From Spirochaetes bacterium GWB1_36_13 (GTDB lineage: Bacteria > Spirochaetota > GWB1-36-13): 43,297 nucleotides of DNA. The number at the start of each line of letters is the position of its first letter. The first letter of the stretch is position 1. The notes beneath the pieces are model-generated. The model had not been told where the DNA came from, searched no databases, and saw only the letters and a list, made by a program, of their open reading frames with translations. A program made the position numbers and the translations under genes. Location: positions 1-43,297 of the forward strand of contig MIAO01000044.1 in the NCBI GenBank assembly GCA_001829155.1, given 5' to 3'. This document shows positions 16,598-25,873 of this stretch, piece after piece.

Positions 16598-16640
16598 ACC
16601 CGCTTTTCCCCTTTCTTTCAAAGAGAGGGGAAAGCAAGAA
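16598..16640. repeat. Variant hairpin element TTTTCCCCTTTCTTTCAAAGAGAGGGGAAAG, about 100 nt upstream of the alaS start.
   Basis: Related to the 1519..1562 family but without the AGAATGATTTT tail. Confidence 0.4.
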
Positions 16641-16651
16641 AAAAGTTTATT

Positions 16652-19600
16652 TTATTGTTTGTTTCCGCTGCTGTCATATTGAATCAGAAATCCGCTTCGC
16701 CCCATGTTTGCAAAACTGTCAAATCCTTTATCAGTATTATGACCTACAATCAGGATGTTTCCGCTTCCATCCACGGCAACGCCGTAACCCTGCATATTCA
16801 TATCCCAATAACCCGGCTGACCGTAGCAAAGGACTTTAGTCCACTGGCGGGTTCCCGTGCTGTTAAATTTTGATACAAAGAGACCGGAATTACTGCCTGG
16901 AGCGCTGACACCGTCAATCCAGATTGTAGTATCGCCACTCCCAATTGCCCCTCCTGTGATATAAATATTACCGCTGGTATCCAGAGCAAGCCCCCTCGCT
17001 TGATTAAAATCGGTTTGAACCACTCCGCTGTCATTGACTCCGGGAATAAGTTTGGTAAACAATCTGGTTCCGCTTGAATCGTATTTCATGAGATAAGTGT
17101 TATATTGATTTGCGGTAGGTGTCAATCCGTCAAGCGTACTCTGGGTAAAGCCTGCAATAATAACATTACCGCTTCCATCCACTGTCATATCCGCATATCC
17201 CAAAGATCCTTCAGCATTTGAATAGAGAACTGCCCACTGTTTTGCAAAGGATGAATCCAGTTTGACAATAAACTGATCTGTGCTTGACTGAGTATTTGTT
17301 AGAGGCACGCCGTATAAGCCTCCATAAGTAAATCCTGTAATATAAATATTGTTGGAAGAATCAATCCCGATACCTAGAACCGATACTCCTTTGGCAACAC
17401 CATCCGCTGCCTTGACAAAAACCGACTGTTTAACCCCGCTGGAATTAAATTTTGCCACCAGAATATGCCCTTGTCCACTTGACAAGGTCTGCCCTTCAAA
17501 CTGCCGGCTGGCGTATTGGGAATCTGAAATAACTCCGCCCACAAAAATATTCCCGCTGGTGTCGAGAGCCATAGAATATCCGCGGACAATCACATTGGTA
17601 TCTGTTCCGTCTAAAAGCGTCATCCAATCATTGCCGCCGGTTGATTTATTCAATTTTGCCAAATAAAGGGCATAGGATGCATTAAAAGTCTGTCCGTTAA
17701 AAACATTTGCAGTTGAATTTCTTCGAACAGTTCCGGTAACATAGATCCCATCCGTACCAATGACTATATCGTTAGCTTCAGGTTCGAGCCAATCTCCCCC
17801 GATCATTTTTGTCCATTGCCGGACTCCCAGGCTGTTATACTTGATGACAAAAATATCTGCATAGATTTTAGGTGATGTAAAGGGATCTTCTATAGTATAA
17901 GTGCTTGAATTCAAAACTCCCATCACATACATACTGCCGTCTGTATCCAAAACGATTTTTTGCGGGACCTGATTTGAGATTCTTTTACTGAAAGGTACGA
18001 GCGTGGTCTGGGTTTTTTGGGTATAGGCTTTTATATTTCCTTTTTGATCATGTGCAAAGACTGAAATAGTATAGCTTTGCCCCATGGATAAGCCTGAAAG
18101 AGTATGAGTAGTAAGCCCGTAAATACCCATCTTAGGACAGGTTGTCTGTGATATTGCTGTGTTATAATCATTCGTGAAAGGAGCAGTGTGATAACAGAAA
18201 TCATATGTGATAAGCCCTTGAGTCGTCACATTGTCTGATGCCGCATTCCAGGTGACTGTGAAACCGGATTCGCTCAGATTGCTGATAGAAAGGGTATCGT
18301 CGGAGACAGTCGGAGCTTCAGTGTCATCTAATAAAACCGCCTGAGAGTTTTTCGTATAAATACCCTTATTCCCCCCCGCATCTTTTACAATGACCGTAAA
18401 CGAATAGGTATTGCCGGCTGTGAGTCCTGTCAGAGCTTTACTGGTAATCGCCGTTTCATAGCCTGTGCAGGTTTTTGTTTCGGCAGTAGCCGTGTCATTC
18501 GTAAAATCAGAAGTCGCATAGCAGACTTGATACTGAAGGGCTGAAACAACTGTCGTGTCATCGCTTGCCGCTGTCCAGCTCACTGTAAAGCCTGTTGCAG
18601 ATGCATTTGATACTGTCAAGGAAGGAGTGCCGACCGCAGGGGCTGTCGTATCCGTTCCGGCCGGGTTGGTCTTGGTTGAGTTTTTACTGTAGATCGACTT
18701 GTTATTTTGTTCATCTTTGACCGCAACAGTATAATAATAAGTTGTATCGGCAGTAAGACCAGTAACGGCTTTGGTTGTAATATTGGGGGTATAGCCTGTG
18801 CTTGTCCCGTTGGCTTCCATATCGGCGATAGTCGCAATATTATCACTCGTTGAAGTATAGACCGCATACTCCAGATTGGCAGCCGTTGTCCCGTCATCGC
18901 TTGCCGCTGCCCAGCTCACTGTAAAGCCTGTGGAGGATACACCCGACGGTGTCAAGCTGGGATTTTGAATCGTTGGAGTCTTGTCTGTGGTATTCGTGGT
19001 GGTTGTTTTATTTTTGCTGTAGATTGATTTATTTCCTGAACTGTCTTTTGCCACAACCGTATAAAAATATTCCGTAGAAGGAGCTGCTGCCGGAAGGCTT
19101 ACAGGCGCATAACAGATATCAGGCGTATAATTCACATATACTCCTGTCCCGTTGCTTTCCGCTTCAGTTAAACTGGTAATATTGTCAGTAGTGGAATAAT
19201 AAACCTGATACTGAATATCTGAAGCCGCAGTCCCATTGTCGGTAGCCGGCACCCAGGAAACAGTAAATCCTTGATTATGGACTCCCGATGCTGTGATCGG
19301 TGAGGATGGAATGACCGGCGGAGTCGTTTCACCCGCTGTCGTGGTTTTATTTTTGATGTAAATTGATTTTGCGTTGGCAGAGTCTTTGGCGACCACTGTA
19401 TAATAATACTCGGTGTTGGCATTTAAATTGGTTATTGTTTCGCTTGTGTCTGTCTGATAAGTCCCGGCGGCTGTCCCGTTGGTTTGGGCATCAGCAACAG
19501 TGCTGATATTATCCGCAGCCGAATAATAAACCTGATAGGTGATACCGGAGGATGAACCGGTTGAATCAACGGCAGGGTTCCAGCTGACGGTCAGTCCGTT

Positions 19601-20056
19601 GTAGGTTACAGTCGAAGGCGTAATCACGGCATCCGTCATCTTGGGGGTTGCCGTGCTTCCTGAGGTTCCCGTGGTTTGAGAATTTTTAGTATAAATACTT
19701 TGAGTTCCGCTTGTGTCTTTGGCAACCACGGTATAATAATAAGTGGCGGATGGATTAAGCCCTGTAATGTCTTTTGAAGTGATACCGGAAGCATAACCTC
19801 CAGCCGGGGTTCCGTTTGTTTCGGCATCCGTCACAGTCGCAATATTGTCTGTAGTGGAATAATAAACCAGATACTGGGCTCCCGCATTGCCTGTTCCCGG
19901 TGTCCAGGATACGGTAAATCCGCTTCCCGATACGCCCGAAGCGGTGAGAACGGGATTACTGATTGTAAGTGTTCCTGAACCCACATAGTCTAAGTTTTGT
20001 TTGTTCACACAGGAAAAAAGGAAAACTAGCATTAATAAGAAAAGTATTTTTTTCAT
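16652..20056 (-). CDS. Giant surface lipoprotein: six or more N-terminal FN3-like repeats followed by SBBP-type beta-propeller repeats.
   Basis: Lipobox LFSC. Recurrent GFTVSW..A.D......L.Y.VYYST.DNI.T...A..NGT..G......TGL...T.YYYTV.AKD..G.KSIY.K. C-terminal repeats (DTSGNIYITG....G.....LFVSKFNS.G...W) match SBBP. RBS GAGGAG upstream. Confidence 0.8.
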   Translation of the reverse strand: MKKILFLLMLVFLFSCVNKQNLDYVGSGTLTISNPVLTASGVSGSGFTVSWTPGTGNAGAQYLVYYSTTDNIATVTDAETNGTPAGGYASGITSKDITGLNPSATYYYTVVAKDTSGTQSIYTKNSQTTGTSGSTATPKMTDAVITPSTVTYNGLTVSWNPAVDSTGSSSGITYQVYYSAADNISTVADAQTNGTAAGTYQTDTSETITNLNANTEYYYTVVAKDSANAKSIYIKNKTTTAGETTPPVIPSSPITASGVHNQGFTVSWVPATDNGTAASDIQYQVYYSTTDNITSLTEAESNGTGVYVNYTPDICYAPVSLPAAAPSTEYFYTVVAKDSSGNKSIYSKNKTTTTNTTDKTPTIQNPSLTPSGVSSTGFTVSWAAASDDGTTAANLEYAVYTSTSDNIATIADMEANGTSTGYTPNITTKAVTGLTADTTYYYTVAVKDEQNNKSIYSKNSTKTNPAGTDTTAPAVGTPSLTVSNASATGFTVSWTAASDDTTVVSALQYQVCYATSDFTNDTATAETKTCTGYETAITSKALTGLTAGNTYSFTVIVKDAGGNKGIYTKNSQAVLLDDTEAPTVSDDTLSISNLSESGFTVTWNAASDNVTTQGLITYDFCYHTAPFTNDYNTAISQTTCPKMGIYGLTTHTLSGLSMGQSYTISVFAHDQKGNIKAYTQKTQTTLVPFSKRISNQVPQKIVLDTDGSMYVMGVLNSSTYTIEDPFTSPKIYADIFVIKYNSLGVRQWTKMIGGDWLEPEANDIVIGTDGIYVTGTVRRNSTANVFNGQTFNASYALYLAKLNKSTGGNDWMTLLDGTDTNVIVRGYSMALDTSGNIFVGGVISDSQYASRQFEGQTLSSGQGHILVAKFNSSGVKQSVFVKAADGVAKGVSVLGIGIDSSNNIYITGFTYGGLYGVPLTNTQSSTDQFIVKLDSSFAKQWAVLYSNAEGSLGYADMTVDGSGNVIIAGFTQSTLDGLTPTANQYNTYLMKYDSSGTRLFTKLIPGVNDSGVVQTDFNQARGLALDTSGNIYITGGAIGSGDTTIWIDGVSAPGSNSGLFVSKFNSTGTRQWTKVLCYGQPGYWDMNMQGYGVAVDGSGNILIVGHNTDKGFDSFANMGRSGFLIQYDSSGNKQ

Positions 20057-20077
20057 AGCACACTCCTCATAGATTTT

Positions 20078-20222
20078 TAACTCACCCCCCTGCCCCCCCT
20101 CTCTTAGAAAGAGAGGGGGGAAAGAAAGAATGATTTTACTTTTACTTTTTTTTCTTCTTCTTTATCTCCCCTTCTCTTCCTAAGACTTGTGCTGAGCAAA
20201 GTCGAAGTAGAAGGGGATGAGT
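20078..20222. repeat. Second copy of the ~145-bp composite intergenic repeat.
   Basis: Aligns with 3305..3450 over the hairpin, the AGAATGATTTT motif and CCTAAGACTTGTGCTGAGCAAAGTCGAAGTAGAAGGGGATGAG. Confidence 0.6.
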
Positions 20223-20227
20223 ATTTT

Positions 20228-20917
20228 TTAGTTAAAAAGATCAATCCGGTAAGTCGCGCCAAAAACGATCTGGAAAAGCTGGCTATTGAGGTTTTCCAGG
20301 CTGGAATCGTTGATATTGTTTGATCCGCTGATGCTGGTTCTGAGTTTGTCGTTGTTATAGATTTTATTAAACGCGATATTGAGCCGAATCCCTCCAAACG
20401 CGTCAATCGTCTCATCAATCGGAAGTGAAACTCCAAACTCGCCCCAGAGTCCAAACTCGGCTTTGACATAATCTGATGTTCCGGCTTTGCTTAAAATACT
20501 GGGTTTGGAAACGGGAAGACCGGCAAAAAGTCCCCCGCCGGCATAAAAAATATCCATAAAATAATATTTTGCCCCGGGGTAAAATCCTAAAAATCCGAAA
20601 CTGGCAGTCGTTTCAACTTTCTCAGTGGTCCAGGTTCTGTCCACTGCCACTGATTTGGAGAGGTATCCGATACCAAGGGTTAAGGAAAGTTCAGGAGAAA
20701 GGTAGTAAGCGCCGTCAATTCCGAAAGAGAAAGAACTTTTGGCAGAGACATCCATTTTTGTAGCAGCATATTCGTTGTCAATCAGAGTATTATTAATCTG
20801 ATACTGAAAAATACCGATTCCCAGCATCACGCCTGCTTCAATCGTGTCCGCTTTTTTCACTGCAAAGAGTGAAGAACTGATGATGAGAGTGAAAAGAAGA
20901 GTTAAAATTTTTTTCAT
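20228..20917 (-). CDS. Small outer-membrane beta-barrel protein, paralog of 5316..6011. Probable start MKKILTLLFTLIISSSLFA.
   Basis: Signal peptide and amphipathic beta-strand pattern. Shared motif AGGGLFAGLPVSKPSILSK. Its start region overlaps the stop of the upstream 850-aa gene (TAATG arrangement at the ORF-track start 20992), or lies 75 nt further down at the RBS-supported ATG 20917. Confidence 0.55.
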   Translation of the reverse strand: MKKILTLLFTLIISSSLFAVKKADTIEAGVMLGIGIFQYQINNTLIDNEYAATKMDVSAKSSFSFGIDGAYYLSPELSLTLGIGYLSKSVAVDRTWTTEKVETTASFGFLGFYPGAKYYFMDIFYAGGGLFAGLPVSKPSILSKAGTSDYVKAEFGLWGEFGVSLPIDETIDAFGGIRLNIAFNKIYNNDKLRTSISGSNNINDSSLENLNSQLFQIVFGATYRIDLFN

Positions 20918-20991
20918 AGGTTTTTCCTTTTTGTTTTTTTTATTATAGCCCGGCAGGAGAAGATTTTTCTCAGACTGCCGGATTTTTTCCA

Positions 20992-23463
20992 TTAATTCCA
21001 GAGTTTAACGACTCCGCTTTTCAGACTGGCATTGAAATAGGTAAAAAGACCGCCGGCAGTGATCTTTCCATCTGCACCGATACGGACGCAAAGCACATTA
21101 GCATCCGCACCTGTTCCCGGATCAAAGCTGGTGTCCAGAGTTCCGTCTGTATTGATCCGGGCAATCCGGTTTCGGGCAGTACCCTTATAGTTGGTAAAAA
21201 CTCCGCCGATCACGATCTTGCCGTCAGACTGGACTGCTGCTGAAACAATTGTATTATCCGCGCCAGAAGTAAAAGCAGTTTCAAGTGCACCTGTTGAGGC
21301 ATTGATGAAAGCAATTCTCTGAGAAGCTGTTCCTTTGTAAGAAGTAAAATCTCCTACGACCACAATATTTCCGTTGGATAAAAGACTGATATCGTAAACA
21401 ATATCATTGAATCCTGTTCCGATACCTGTTGTAAAGGCAGAGTCGGGGGCTCCTTCGGAAGAGAGTTTTGCAATGCGGTTGACACTCGTTCCGTTATAAC
21501 TGGTAAAGGTTCCGCCGATCAAGATACTTCCATCTGTAAGGACTTCGATATCATTGACATCAATGTTGGTTCCGCCGGTTCCTGATCCGCCGTTGTTGAA
21601 GGCAGTATCCAGTGTTCCGTCAGAGTAGAGTCTTGCAATACCAGGTTTTGAGGTTCCGTTGTAGGTAGTAAAAGCCCCTCCGATCAGAATTTTTCCGGAT
21701 GAAAGCTGATAAAGGGCTGTCACCGTATTATTGGCAGCCGTTCCTGAATTAAAGCTTGTGTCTCTCGTTCCATCTGCATTGAGCCGGGTAAGATAGTTGA
21801 CGGTGGTTCCGTTGTAAGTGGTGAAATACCCTCCCACGAGAATTTTTCCGTCTGACTGGATTAAAAGTTCATAAACCGCATTGTCAAAACCGGTTCCAAC
21901 TGTAAAACTGGTATCCAGCGTTCCGTCTGTATTGATCCGGGCAATCCGGTTGATCGCCGTTCCCCTGTAGTTTAGAAAACTTCCCCCGATAATCACTTTG
22001 CCGTCTGACTGGACAGCCACTGCAAAAACAGAATCATCGGCACCCGCAGCCGAATCAAAAGCAGAAACCATAATGCCATCGGTGGTTTTGGATGTTTGAG
22101 TATAAACACTCTCATTTCCAGAACCGTCTTTGACCAGAACAGTATAGTAATAAGTCGTGCCGGCGGTCAGTCCAGTCAAGGCTTTGGTTGTCATATTCGT
22201 CTCATAACCCGTGCAGGTTTTGGTCTTAGCAGTCGTTACATCGTTTGTAAAACCTGCAGTCGAATAACAGACTTGATATTGAAGCGTATTGGCAGCATAA
22301 ACAGTATCGCTTGCAGCCGTCCAGTTCACTGTCAATCCTGTCTGGGTCACAGAAGAAGAAGTGAGCGCCGGCGTTCCCACGGTTGGTACTATTGTATCAT
22401 TTGCAGTGGTTTGAGAGTTTTTCGTATAAATACTCTTATTGCCCGCTGCATCTTTCACGACAACTGTATAATAATAGGTTGTGTTATTAGAAAGCCCTGT
22501 AATTGCCTGGCTGGTAATCCCGGAAGCATAGCTTCCAACAGCCGTTCCGTTGGCTTCGGCATCGGCTACAGTGCTGATATTGTCGCTGGTAGAAATATAG
22601 ACTAGATATTCCAAATTTGAGCTTCCTGTGGCATCATCGGCGGCAGCCGTCCAGTTCACTGTCAATCCGGTTGCAGACACACTTCCTGCAGTCAATCCGG
22701 GAGTCCCTACTGTAGGAGCCGTGCTATCGGTTCCGGTTTTTTGATTTCCAGTAGTGTAAATTGCTTCATTATCCGCCGCATCTTTGACTGAAACAGTATA
22801 ATAATAAGTTGTATTGTCATTGAGTCCTGTAACCGCTAAACTGGTCTCTCCCGGCCGATATCCTCCGTGAGGCACCCCGTTGGTTTTGGCATCAGTGACG
22901 GTTGTAATATTATTAGTGGTTGAAGTATAGACTTGATATTGAAGCGAATCACCGCCTGTGGCATCATCGCTAGCAGGCGTCCAATTCACTGTAAAGCCTG
23001 TAGATGAAGGGCTTGAAGCAGTGACGGAAGGAGCGGCTACCACGGGAGCCGTTGAGTCTGTGCCGGTTTTCTGGCTGGATTTGGTATAAACTGTCTTGTT
23101 CCCTTTGGAGTCTTTTACTACCACAGTATAATAATAAGTCTGCCCATCGGTCAAGCCGGTGACAGCCTGGCTGGTAATCCCTGCCGTATAGCTTCCGGCT
23201 GGAGTCCCGTTGTTTTGCGCATCGGCAACCGTTGTAATAGTGTCGCTGGTGGAATAATACACCCGATATTGCAGGTTTGTATCTGTATCCGTTGCAGCCG
23301 TCCAATGGACTGTAAATCCGCTTGCCGATGGAGTGGAAGCGTAGATTTTTGAGACCGAAAGCGTTGGGGCAGTAGAGTCAACCGTCCCGATATATTCCAG
23401 ATTCTGCTTATTGATACAAGCGAGCACTAAGAAGGGTAAAAGAAATAAAAATAGATTCTTCAT
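20992..23463 (-). CDS. Giant surface lipoprotein: four N-terminal FN3-like repeats plus C-terminal delta-60 repeat (DUF5122-type) beta-propeller. True start is the ATG at 23463.
   Basis: Lipobox LVLAC after MKNLFLFLLPF. RBS AAGGAG lies 6 nt upstream of 23463. The ORF-track extension to 23544 runs into the MITE-like repeat. FN3-like repeats as in 16652..20056. The repeats SDGKILVGG.FT.YNGT.....ARLN.DGTLDTSF match delta-60. Confidence 0.8.
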   Translation of the reverse strand: MKNLFLFLLPFLVLACINKQNLEYIGTVDSTAPTLSVSKIYASTPSASGFTVHWTAATDTDTNLQYRVYYSTSDTITTVADAQNNGTPAGSYTAGITSQAVTGLTDGQTYYYTVVVKDSKGNKTVYTKSSQKTGTDSTAPVVAAPSVTASSPSSTGFTVNWTPASDDATGGDSLQYQVYTSTTNNITTVTDAKTNGVPHGGYRPGETSLAVTGLNDNTTYYYTVSVKDAADNEAIYTTGNQKTGTDSTAPTVGTPGLTAGSVSATGLTVNWTAAADDATGSSNLEYLVYISTSDNISTVADAEANGTAVGSYASGITSQAITGLSNNTTYYYTVVVKDAAGNKSIYTKNSQTTANDTIVPTVGTPALTSSSVTQTGLTVNWTAASDTVYAANTLQYQVCYSTAGFTNDVTTAKTKTCTGYETNMTTKALTGLTAGTTYYYTVLVKDGSGNESVYTQTSKTTDGIMVSAFDSAAGADDSVFAVAVQSDGKVIIGGSFLNYRGTAINRIARINTDGTLDTSFTVGTGFDNAVYELLIQSDGKILVGGYFTTYNGTTVNYLTRLNADGTRDTSFNSGTAANNTVTALYQLSSGKILIGGAFTTYNGTSKPGIARLYSDGTLDTAFNNGGSGTGGTNIDVNDIEVLTDGSILIGGTFTSYNGTSVNRIAKLSSEGAPDSAFTTGIGTGFNDIVYDISLLSNGNIVVVGDFTSYKGTASQRIAFINASTGALETAFTSGADNTIVSAAVQSDGKIVIGGVFTNYKGTARNRIARINTDGTLDTSFDPGTGADANVLCVRIGADGKITAGGLFTYFNASLKSGVVKLWN

Positions 23464-23483
23464 AAAAATCTCCTTTGTTGTGT

Positions 23484-23640
23484 TATATACTGAAATGATT
23501 TTAAATTGCAAAAATTTGACCGTTTTTTTTATTCTCTTTGTCATTCCCGCGAAGGCGGGAATCTATTGAAAATAAAATGATTAAATTACAAATTCCGGTC
23601 TTTTACAAGCAAAAACCGGAATGACAATTTTGCATTTTAT
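23484..23640. mobile_element. Second (diverged) copy of the MITE-like element: ATTTTAAATTGCAAAAAT ... TTGTCATTCCCGCGAAGGCGGGAATCTATTGAA ... ATTCCGGTCTTTTACAAGCAAAAACCGGAAT.
   Basis: 23484..23514 is the reverse complement of 1060..1090. Same internal hairpin-plus-CTATTGAA architecture as 928..1090. Confidence 0.45.
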
Positions 23641-23884
23641 ATTCAGCTCCGTATATAACCAGTGTTTCAAATCAGTATAAACACTGGTTTGAATTAAAAA
23701 TTAACCAAAATCGGGATTAACTTATTGTAGAATATAATCAAGTATCTGTCGTAATATTTTTACAAAATAAAAATGCCTATATATTTTACAATCAATTTTA
23801 TTTCAAAATTTAAAGAAAAAAATTAATTTTCAAATGGAAAATAATTATATTTAATTCAATAGTTTCCTTCACAAGGGGTCTTGA

Positions 23885-24526
23885 GTGATTAAGATCATGA
23901 TAGCAGACGATCATGAAATTGTTTTAATTGGATTAAAAAAACTTTTTGAAGATAAAGAAGATATAAAGATTATCGGAACAGCGGCAGACGGCAGACAGCT
24001 TTTAGAACAACTGAACCAAAATGCTCATGAAACCGATGTGGTTATTACAGATATCGGGATGCCGGATATAGACGGTCTTGACCTTATACCCAAGATCAAA
24101 AAAAACTGGCCGCAGCTCAAAATCCTTGTTTTATCCGCCTATACTGAAAGTGAATGGATTGAAAGAGTCTTTAAACTCGGAGCAGACGGCTTTATTCATA
24201 AAAACTCTTCTCACGAAGAAATCCCTCAAGCAATAAGAACTGTTTTACAAAATAAAAAATTTCTTTCCAGAAAAATTGAAAATGATTTATACCTCGAAAC
24301 AATTGAAAAAAAGACTCAAAAACATTCTCTCAGCCGGCTTTCTGAACAAGAATATAGAGTTTTAAAGCTGATTGTTCAGGGAAAATCAAATAAAGAGATT
24401 GCAGCCCATTTATCCCTTCAGGCATCCACTGTTTCGACTTATAAAAACCGTATTTTTGAAAAATTTCATGTCCAGAATCTTTCCGAGTTAATTGCCGTTA
24501 CTTTAAAAAATAAAATCATTCATTAG
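23885..24526 (+). CDS. Two-component response regulator, NarL/FixJ (LuxR-type HTH) family.
   Basis: REC domain (IADDHEIV..., VITDIGMPDIDGL, ILVLSAY) and C-terminal LuxR HTH (LSEQEYRVLKLIVQGKSNKEIAAHLSLQASTVSTYKNRIFEKF). GTG start at 23885 or ATG at 23897. Confidence 0.85.
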   Translation: MIKIMIADDHEIVLIGLKKLFEDKEDIKIIGTAADGRQLLEQLNQNAHETDVVITDIGMPDIDGLDLIPKIKKNWPQLKILVLSAYTESEWIERVFKLGADGFIHKNSSHEEIPQAIRTVLQNKKFLSRKIENDLYLETIEKKTQKHSLSRLSEQEYRVLKLIVQGKSNKEIAAHLSLQASTVSTYKNRIFEKFHVQNLSELIAVTLKNKIIH

Positions 24527-24535
24527 GTTTACAAA

Positions 24536-25873
24536 ATGCTGATTCAAAACTATTTTACAATTATCAGCTATTTTTTTCTCTTCCTTCTTTTTTCTTTTTT
24601 CTTTCTCCGCTACCGGAAACAATTTCCGGGAATGATAGAATGGAGTCTGGCATTTTTCCTTTTTTTTACAGCTATCCTTTGTTTTCTGACTCAAACTTTC
24701 TTGCAAGAACATTTTCTTTTTGTCTTTTTGTCTAATTTATTTTTTTTTACTTCTCAAATCGTTTTCAATATCGGATACCGTAAGTTTACTGATATTCCCT
24801 TTTATAAAAAACACCTATGGATTTATGCAGCGCTCATTCTCTTTTCTCTTTTTTCCGTTCTCGCATTTTCTTTTTGGATCAATTCCCTTGAGATAAGGAT
24901 TCTTTTCTTTAATTTATTGATGATTGGTCTTTTTACTGAAAGCATTTGGATTTTTAAACAAAAATTCAAAAAAAAATACTTTAAAATAACAACGATTTAC
25001 TCTTTACTGATTTTAATTACCTCTATCCGGACAATCCATATCCTCTCTCTGCTTTTCAACAATCAGCTTCTGCAAAAAAATGATGTGATAGAGTTTCTTT
25101 TCTATATCAGCGGACAGATTCTGACTCTTCTGACCGGTTTTTTCCTCATGCTTTTGATTAATGAAAAACTTCAGATTGGATTAAAAGAAACGATACAGAA
25201 AAAAAATCTTGTTTTTTCTATTCTCTCCCATGATCTTTCAGCGCCTCTGCATTCACTCATCCAGTACAACCAGCTGCTGCTTGAAAAAGAAGATTTAAAT
25301 CCCAAACTATGGAAAGAACACTTTGAATTGTATCAAAAAACCTTGAGTAAAGCTGGAGAATTGACAGAAAACCTTTTGAATTGGGGGAAATATGAAGGCG
25401 GACTCGCTCCTCAAAAACAAAAAATCCCTCTTTTTGACTCGGTTGAAGATATTCTCAATCTCTACTCCGAAAAGACGGTTTCAAAAAATATCATCATTGA
25501 AAATAAAATCGACACAATGCTTTTTATTGATTCAGATCCTCTGATTTTCGAGACTATTGTCCGCAACCTGATTTCAAATGCAATTAAATTTACTCCTCAA
25601 AACGGGATGATTAATCTTTCCAGCATTTTGGATCAAGGTTATACGGTTTTATGTATCAGAGATACAGGAATAGGCATGAGTCATGAAATAATCCAAAAAA
25701 TCATGGATATGGAGTTTAAAAGCTTCTCTCTCGGAACAGAAGGAGAAAAAGGAAATGGAATCGGACTGTTTTTTTCCTTTGAACTCTTGAAAAAAATCAA
25801 GGGCAGGTTTGAAATTGAAAGCGCCCCCGGAAAAGGAAGCGCTTTTAAAATCTTTTTTCCTGAATTATTTTGA
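24536..25873 (+). CDS. Membrane-bound sensor histidine kinase.
   Basis: At least six N-terminal TM segments. H-box SILSHDLSAPLHSL, N-box NLISNAIKFT, G1 RDTGIGM, G2 GNGIGL. Confidence 0.8.
   Translation: MLIQNYFTIISYFFLFLLFSFFFLRYRKQFPGMIEWSLAFFLFFTAILCFLTQTFLQEHFLFVFLSNLFFFTSQIVFNIGYRKFTDIPFYKKHLWIYAALILFSLFSVLAFSFWINSLEIRILFFNLLMIGLFTESIWIFKQKFKKKYFKITTIYSLLILITSIRTIHILSLLFNNQLLQKNDVIEFLFYISGQILTLLTGFFLMLLINEKLQIGLKETIQKKNLVFSILSHDLSAPLHSLIQYNQLLLEKEDLNPKLWKEHFELYQKTLSKAGELTENLLNWGKYEGGLAPQKQKIPLFDSVEDILNLYSEKTVSKNIIIENKIDTMLFIDSDPLIFETIVRNLISNAIKFTPQNGMINLSSILDQGYTVLCIRDTGIGMSHEIIQKIMDMEFKSFSLGTEGEKGNGIGLFFSFELLKKIKGRFEIESAPGKGSAFKIFFPELF

Noticed and set aside
22096-22605. 169-aa Cys/Arg-rich antisense ORF inside the 850-aa lipoprotein gene. 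Similar antisense ORFs lie at 22970..23381, 17349..17666, 18616..18897, 19168..19422 and 31430..32521.
   Set aside because: These are frame-shadow ORFs on the opposite strand of long repeat-rich genes, with no start context and skewed composition.
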